Shown here piece by piece: positions 54,101-58,132 of a DNA stretch of 58,132 nucleotides (position 1 is the stretch's first letter; the number at the start of each line of letters is the position of its first letter). The stretch is from Candidatus Saccharimonadota bacterium (GTDB lineage: Bacteria > Patescibacteriota > Saccharimonadia > Saccharimonadales > OFTM59): contig JAJDCK010000002.1 of NCBI GenBank assembly GCA_029260855.1, positions 1 through 58,132 on the forward strand, given 5' to 3'. A program made the translations under genes and the position numbers. The notes beneath the pieces are model-generated. The model ran no database searches. It was not told the DNA's origin and saw only the letters and a program-made list of their open reading frames with translations.

Positions 54101-54938
54101 AAGCCGTTGTTGAAGGGCTCGGTGATGAATTGGCAGGGATTGGCCCATTAGCAACAAACCCGACTGGCGCGAATTTGGTAACGTCGTAAACCGGCCCATT
54201 GAATCTATCTACATAGGCTTTTGTGGCAGCATCCTGTGCAGATAGTGGGTCGGACATGTTCGTTGCTTTTTGGGAGTTAAACGATAGATCGCTCGTTGGA
54301 TCAGCAAGCTCGTCAAGGCGTAAAACATCACTACCTCCATCCTTATGGGTGGTAGCGTGTGTTGTTGGGGTGCGCGAATCCGTCAAGCGTGAATCATCTG
54401 CAACAACAACCCCCGTACCATTAATTGTGACTCCACCTGTAAAATCTTTGGCGCCAGTAACGTTTTCCGTACCGGCAAGGTGGACCACAGCACTGTCATC
54501 AGCTTTGCCGCCCAAACTAGTGTCTAACCCTGCTATTTTAGACTGTGCAATCGCAGCTGAATCATTAACGTCGGCGTTAATAATCACTCCTGCAGCTATC
54601 TGGGGACTGGTAGCTGTACCGCTTAAGTCACCAGCAAGCTGAACCACACCTTTGGTAGCAGCGTCAGCATCTGGGGTTCCCGCGCTAACTGTGTTATCTA
54701 CATACTGTTTCGTGGCAGCCTGCAGAGGAGCAGCAGGATCAGCCGGAAGGTTTACCGTACCCGTGAAGGTCGGACTAGCAAGTGGGGCCTTACCGCCTAA
54801 ATCGTTGGTGAGATTAGTAATCTTAGCTTGCGATAGTGGCTTCTGGGTACCGTCAGCATTATGTTCAACACTTAGATAGTCATTGAGTATGCTACCCCAC
54901 GTACCGGAATCAGAGCCGGGACTGGGCAACCTTGCCAT
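51156..54938 (-). CDS. Large phage tail-fibre/tailspike-like protein with beta-helix domain, no signal peptide
   Basis: N-terminal MARLP.PG.D.G.WG.ILN, fibre repeats AATKQYVD / AATKAYVD / TKGVVQLAG, HATTH..GGSD twice, pectate-lyase-like central region, three L.L..TQ..G repeats. Confidence 0.75.
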   Translation of the reverse strand: MARLPSPGSDSGTWGSILNDYLSVEHNADGTQKPLSQAKITNLTNDLGGKAPLASPTFTGTVNLPADPAAPLQAATKQYVDNTVSAGTPDADAATKGVVQLAGDLSGTATSPQIAAGVIINADVNDSAAIAQSKIAGLDTSLGGKADDSAVVHLAGTENVTGAKDFTGGVTINGTGVVVADDSRLTDSRTPTTHATTHKDGGSDVLRLDELADPTSDLSFNSQKATNMSDPLSAQDAATKAYVDRFNGPVYDVTKFAPVGFVANGPIPANSSPSPSTTASNDWAPYIQAAVAAMLADGVVGGTLYFPDRGTGSYVTSEKILVPSHASVVGDGWGSVILLANNSKIGGTTFSYNGTSGSATFNATGSGIIESYNGLAELLSIRNIWVCGNRKRQVGQQNGAACTLTSGIADGATEASFTVSDGSILPTAPFRIRIGVETIQITAKSGNTLTPQQAASATNGFVAVPTGRGWQGTTATSHSSGDSVQLVINGIYLTSEAATPTAFSVVDSEPVVSNVVVSGASGHGLAIDGNTPIGTQRSTGDHVTDLKVESCDGQGFRDGSSDGTHVNIHIGDCGLEGIYAGGGNVRWATCKAYFCGRLDGNHGDGWLIVSGRQVFASCEAQDNWRHGVVVRSTRCQGDFIVDSNGHGLGIPDSNGQSGIIGYGMQLDASANCAFRVLAIDRLPGNNGFGGAQATQQSALDFINFPIRNSITLQSASHAVSTINNDPVNNSVICGSQLGVRTIGTVTTSTGTFTPDPNRGGINEVSLATDVPLTVAAPVMDNLIGNTSGPCFRGQQLTLIFTQPVAGGVLVTFDAVFKLSGSVVDFNSSAVSAVSFIYDGISWNQVSSRLNSAYYNAGGSSLQTPTAGTYKPNLRVARIHQVLLDSGNGSGQTTISSPNNLTPGAELTLLLTQDGTGGRSMAFNGVYGINYDFRLDPTPNATTALRFISPDGTNLVQLTGGHELHAAGSASSLGGSYTPDSRSGHVHTLTLDQGVDIYAPTHPVAGGRLMLVLTQDGTGNHAITWGGSLSSITWQPQAAAASVSTIELVHNGAAWVQSAAYPTASVTTHATTHAAGGSDSLISTVFVAHPSKRGLNAVTLDPESASNNSQLVSGIIYLNRVTALRSETITKLYSAVQTGGVTLTGGGQCCMALLDANGALLQLSPTDMSAQWNTTGTKTATITGQAVILGTDYYIAFLCNGTTMPLFARGTVTPGLGNVGLALAVSKFATVTTGGQTTISSVNLTNSITSANAAFWAGMST

Positions 54939-54940
54939 AG

Positions 54941-55108
54941 TTACGCGCGCTCGCTGTAGATACGCAGTAACATAATATTTGAGCTGGTTTCGGTTTTTCT
55001 GCTTGCTTTTTGCGCACCGAGCACAAGCTTCGCCCCCACAGCCCTAGTATTGAGTTTTAATGAGCTAGCTAGATTGGTTGAATAGTCAAAATGTGTGCTT
55101 CTACCCAC
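54941..55108 (-). CDS. Candidate 55-aa upstream ORF coupled to the fibre gene
   Basis: Manual translation. GAGGAGG 7 nt before GTG 55108. TAA ends 2 nt before ATG 54938. Confidence 0.4.
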   Translation of the reverse strand: MGRSTHFDYSTNLASSLKLNTRAVGAKLVLGAQKASRKTETSSNIMLLRIYSERA

Positions 55109-55201
55109 AGAGAACCCTCCTCGGGTTATTCACTTCATCTTAACAGCATATGTTGGTGTATAGCAATAATCTTTATGGTTAATGGGGTTTTTTGCTGTGC
55201 A

Positions 55202-55417
55202 TCATGTATTGGTACGGTCTTGGCCGCGACGGCGCCTTGAGCGAACAATCCACACACTAACAATAATGCATAGAACGCCAAAGATAATTCCAGGCAATAT
55301 CATCTGCCCCGTATTGGCCAACCTAGACCCATGTTCTGTCACATCGCCGTAGATACTGCTCCCGTAGGCTTCTCGACCATACTGGGCGATGGTCGTAAAA
55401 ATAACTGCTTGCATCAC
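55202..55417 (-). CDS. Small protein with YG repeats and LAxTG sortase sorting signal
   Basis: QYGREAYGSSIYGD, then LANTG + hydrophobic helix + RSRRRR tail. Confidence 0.8.
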   Translation of the reverse strand: MMQAVIFTTIAQYGREAYGSSIYGDVTEHGSRLANTGQMILPGIIFGVLCIIVSVWIVRSRRRRGQDRTNT

Positions 55418-55420
55418 GCA

Positions 55421-55612
55421 CTACCGTCCATAGGGGCTTACGCCGTAGCCAGAGAGGGCTTTATCGTGATCTTGCGTGCTACTTAAACTGCTAAGATTGT
55501 TAAGTATCGAAGTTACGCCTACCACCGCCAGCAACCCGGCTATCATGTACTTAATAAACTCTTTCCTGGACATGTCTTTCTCTAATAGTTCGTGTATGTT
55601 GAAACGTGCCAT
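55421..55612 (-). CDS. Small protein with Tat-like (RK) signal anchor and C-terminal GYGxxxYG
   Basis: SRKEFIK matches S-R-R-x-F-L-K with R to K, followed by a hydrophobic helix. Ends GYGVSPYGR. Confidence 0.75.
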   Translation of the reverse strand: MARFNIHELLEKDMSRKEFIKYMIAGLLAVVGVTSILNNLSSLSSTQDHDKALSGYGVSPYGR

Positions 55613-55722
55613 AGCTACCTTGTTTTTATAGTGTTGCTGTGTTTGTGTGATCTACTCTTGATTGTAATACCTGTTGTGCTTATGTCAAGCTGCTTGGTAA
55701 GTCCTATGTCATAATCAATGCA

Positions 55723-56298
55723 ATGAGTTTGAGAGTTATTAATAATATTTTGGCGTTTGTTGTCATAATCATTGGGCTATACCTAGTGTTGTCCCCTTTT
55801 ATCCCTGACCTCTTATATAAGATAAGAAAGGTGTCACAAAATACCAAAATTCAAGCGCAAACCAGCAAGCTGAATCAGCCACCCATTGAGTCTGATATTC
55901 CTTCTGATAATCGTTTGCAAATACCTAAGCTCTCTCTTGACGAGAGGATCTATGAAGGCCGCTCTATCAATCTTATAAGTAAGGGCGGTACTTGGTTGCG
56001 GCCCTCAACTGCTAACCCAAGTGAGTCTGGCAACAGCGTTATTGTCGGGCACCGCTTCAACTACAATCGACCGGCGACATTTTATAATCTAGATAAGCTG
56101 GTATTCAAAGACAAAATCGCCGTTTTCTGGGAGAAAAAACGATATATTTACGAAGTATACGAGGTCCTTACTGTCAGCCCGTCTGATGTAAGCATAGAGG
56201 CAAGTACCGATAAACCAGGGCTCACACTTTATACCTGCACGCCGCTTTGGACAGCCCGCCAACGATTAGTCATAAAAACAAGGCTGGTTGAAGAATGA
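55723..56298 (+). CDS. Sortase (class D/E-like)
   Basis: N-terminal TM, RLQIPKL, GNSVIVGHR (His), LTLYTCTP (Cys), RLVI (Arg). Confidence 0.92.
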   Translation: MSLRVINNILAFVVIIIGLYLVLSPFIPDLLYKIRKVSQNTKIQAQTSKLNQPPIESDIPSDNRLQIPKLSLDERIYEGRSINLISKGGTWLRPSTANPSESGNSVIVGHRFNYNRPATFYNLDKLVFKDKIAVFWEKKRYIYEVYEVLTVSPSDVSIEASTDKPGLTLYTCTPLWTARQRLVIKTRLVEE

Positions 56299-56411
56299 AA
56301 GAGTGGCATCGTACAGTTTTCCTGTTGGCACTTCTATGTTTGGCTGTTATTTTCTTGCTTTATGCACGGCAGTCTTACGAGCAGAACTTTTTAGAGTCCT
56401 TTAACTACTAG
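56295..56411 (+). CDS. 38-aa single-TM protein coupled to the sortase
   Basis: Manual translation MKEWHRTVFLLALLCLAVIFLLYARQSYEQNFLESFNY. ATGA overlap with the sortase stop. Confidence 0.5.
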   Translation: MKEWHRTVFLLALLCLAVIFLLYARQSYEQNFLESFNY

Positions 56412-56438
56412 TACTAGGTACTTCTTGCTTAGAACAGC

Positions 56439-57413
56439 TCAGCTAACAATAGTCCTTATGTGCCTCCGAGCAGACGGTCTCCTGGCATCAGTTCTTTGTT
56501 GACTTGTCTGATGTCGCGAGTGACCGGTATGATCGGGAGACAGCACATCCATTACCCGTCTACGTATTGGACTTGAAGGCTTTTGAGCCCGATTTGCTAA
56601 ACCTGGTGGTGGCTTTGCGAACACAACATCAGGCGGACTGGTGGTTTTACTATATTGTTCGCTTGGGCTGTTTTGTTGGGTTTGTGCGTGTTTGCGCGAA
56701 CCGCGGTTAGTAACCCAAACCATAATAATGCCCACTTGGTACAAGAATATGATCGGCAGGGCCATAATCGCTTGGTTAAGCGGATCTGGGGTTGGCGTCA
56801 AGACGGCGGCAAGGATAAAGCTGAACACAATAACATAGCGCTGAAACTTCATCATCCCGCCGGGTTTGAGCGGTTTGATTCGGTTAACGAACAACAGGAT
56901 CAGTGGCGTTTGAAATATCAGTGCGAAGCCTATTATGTATGTCAAAGCAAAATTAAAGTATTCGTCAGCCCCGATCAAAGACTGAATGTTCGACCCACCA
57001 AAACTTGTCAGGAAGTGCAGTGCCGCAGGTAAACTAACGAAGTAGCCGAATAGCACCCCAAGAATCGCCAAGATAAAGGCCCATACGACGTATTTTACGA
57101 TAATACCTGTGTGATGCTTCTTCAAAAGTGGTGCTACAAAACAAAAAATCTGATACAACACAAAAGGCAGCGCTGCCACAAAACCGGTTGCAAGACACAG
57201 CTTAAAGATAAAATTGAACCCGCCAACTGGCGACGTATAATACAGGGTCTCTCCCAGTGGCTGCTGAATAAACCAGAGCAGCTTCTCGTGGAACAAATAA
57301 GCTACAGCCCCGAAAGCACCTATAGAAATCAGGCTAAGAGTCAACCTGAGCTGAAGTTCGCGCACATGCTCTATGAACGGTCTGCGAATAGTGCCGTATT
57401 CCGCACTATTCAT
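56439..57413 (-). CDS. tatC: Twin-arginine translocase subunit TatC (divergent, long C-tail)
   Basis: EHVREL..RL, YQ...FVAP.L, G....YF...P, LTPTPDP.NQ...A.P...LY. Confidence 0.93.
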   Translation of the reverse strand: MNSAEYGTIRRPFIEHVRELQLRLTLSLISIGAFGAVAYLFHEKLLWFIQQPLGETLYYTSPVGGFNFIFKLCLATGFVAALPFVLYQIFCFVAPLLKKHHTGIIVKYVVWAFILAILGVLFGYFVSLPAALHFLTSFGGSNIQSLIGADEYFNFALTYIIGFALIFQTPLILLFVNRIKPLKPGGMMKFQRYVIVFSFILAAVLTPTPDPLNQAIMALPIIFLYQVGIIMVWVTNRGSRKHAQTQQNSPSEQYSKTTSPPDVVFAKPPPGLANRAQKPSSPIRRRVMDVLSPDHTGHSRHQTSQQRTDARRPSARRHIRTIVS

Positions 57414-57434
57414 AATCTACCCCCGAAACGTTAC

Positions 57435-57641
57435 TTACTTCTGTTCAGTGTTTTTGTCGTCATTCTGTGATGCTGTTTTGTCTTTTTTATCCATGTTAGC
57501 CAATCCCCCGTCAAACCCTTTTTTGAGCTCTCCAGCTGACTCGCCCAAACTACGTGCTAGCTTTGGGAGCCTTGTTGCGCCAAACAGTAACAGTAGTATT
57601 ACTAATATAATTATTAGTTCCGGTAGCCCTAAACCAAACAT
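57435..57641 (-). CDS. tatA: Twin-arginine translocase subunit TatA/E
   Basis: GLGLPELIIILVILLLLFGATRLPKLARSLG. Confidence 0.95.
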   Translation of the reverse strand: MFGLGLPELIIILVILLLLFGATRLPKLARSLGESAGELKKGFDGGLANMDKKDKTASQNDDKNTEQK

Positions 57642-57716
57642 ATTTTCTCCTTTATTATGGTTTATGGTTATTATACTGTAAACGTAAGGATTCTCCCAAA
57701 TCTATACTTGACGTAA

Positions 57717-57745
57717 TTGACTCTTTGCTAACAGATGTGTATAAT
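57717..57745 (+). promoter_or_regulatory. Consensus sigma70 promoter of rpmE2
   Basis: TTGACT (57717-57722), 17 nt, TATAAT (57740-57745), then ATG at 57756. Confidence 0.85.
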
Positions 57746-57755
57746 CGCCCAAGTT

Positions 57756-58109
57756 ATGAAGAAAGACCTTCACCCCAACACCTATCGCCCGGTAGTTTTT
57801 CAGGACCTGTCAAATGGCTGGTCTTTTTTGACGCGCTCTACGGCTGCGACTGAAGAAAAGGTCAAATGGGAAGACGGCAACGAATACCCTCTTGTAAAAG
57901 TCCACATCTCTAGCGCTTCCCACCCGTTCTTCACCGGCCAGGAAAAACTGTTAGACATTGAGGGCCGCGTTGATAAGTTCAAAGCTCGTCAGGAAGCTGC
58001 CAAAGCTAAAGCCGAAGGTATGAAGAAAGCCGCTACCAAGACCCGAGTCAAAGAGCTTAAAGCTGACGAAACCCAAAAAATCGGTTCTCTCAAGCCTGGC
58101 CAACGCTAG
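57756..58109 (+). CDS. rpmE2: 50S ribosomal protein L31 type B (zinc-independent) with basic C-terminal extension
   Basis: [15 protein letters not shown]...[18 protein letters not shown]...D.EGRVDKF, no Cys. The ORF-track start at 57735 overlaps the promoter, so 57756 is used. Confidence 0.94.
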   Translation: MKKDLHPNTYRPVVFQDLSNGWSFLTRSTAATEEKVKWEDGNEYPLVKVHISSASHPFFTGQEKLLDIEGRVDKFKARQEAAKAKAEGMKKAATKTRVKELKADETQKIGSLKPGQR

Positions 58110-58132
58110 CTATAACCAGCCATAAACCACTT

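Noticed and set aside
51156-54938. Prophage around the tail-fibre-like gene
   Set aside because: No integrase, terminase, capsid, portal or att-like repeats. Flanks are rpsB and tat/sortase genes.
57735-57755. N-terminal extension MCIIAQV on L31, and longer starts given for pyrG (23813), ECF sigma (9771) and the hydrolase (26422)
   Set aside because: These upstream starts overlap promoter or SD elements. Downstream starts fit family N-termini.
1-58132. tRNA, rRNA, IS elements, origin (DnaA-box cluster)
   Set aside because: No cloverleaf with T-loop and CCA, no rRNA-like tract, no transposase ORF and no DnaA-box cluster were seen by eye. tRNAscan/barrnap/ISEScan were not run.

Overview
A 58 kb, gene-dense chromosomal segment of a small-genome bacterium, most likely Candidatus Saccharibacteria (Patescibacteria/CPR). 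This is inferred from class I LysRS, homodimeric GlyRS, editing-less ProRS, an rpsB-tsf-frr-uppS-rseP-proS block lacking pyrH/cdsA/dxr, and many orphan genes. Standard code 11 fits. Most genes are on the minus strand. The backbone is housekeeping: glyQS, recO, xseAB, rpmA, pyrG, ctpA, ftsEX, prfB, secA, hpf, serS, rsmE, msrA, lysS, greA, proS, rseP, uppS, frr, tsf, rpsB, tatAC and rpmE2. Interspersed are a Doc/AbrB toxin-antitoxin pair, an ECF sigma/anti-sigma pair and single orphan genes. I found no tRNA, rRNA, CRISPR array, integrase or transposase. Top candidate for an undescribed system (51.1-57.6 kb): a signal-less 1260-aa phage tail-fibre/tailspike-like protein, a tiny LAxTG sortase substrate and a tiny RK-type Tat-signal protein that both carry YG repeats, a sortase, and a TatA/TatC pair whose TatC has lost twin-arginine-binding glutamates. 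This may be a folded-adhesin export and anchoring module. Other notable items: a heliorhodopsin-like protein without the retinal lysine, a circularly permuted M23 peptidase behind ftsEX, a pseudo-kinase/pseudo-receiver pair (His to Glu, Asp to Glu) coupled to recO, a divergent NDK-like orphan, a half-size PnuC, a candidate 6S-like RNA, a frameshifted response regulator, and widespread leaderless promoter architecture. All family calls are by manual motif recognition; no database searches were run.
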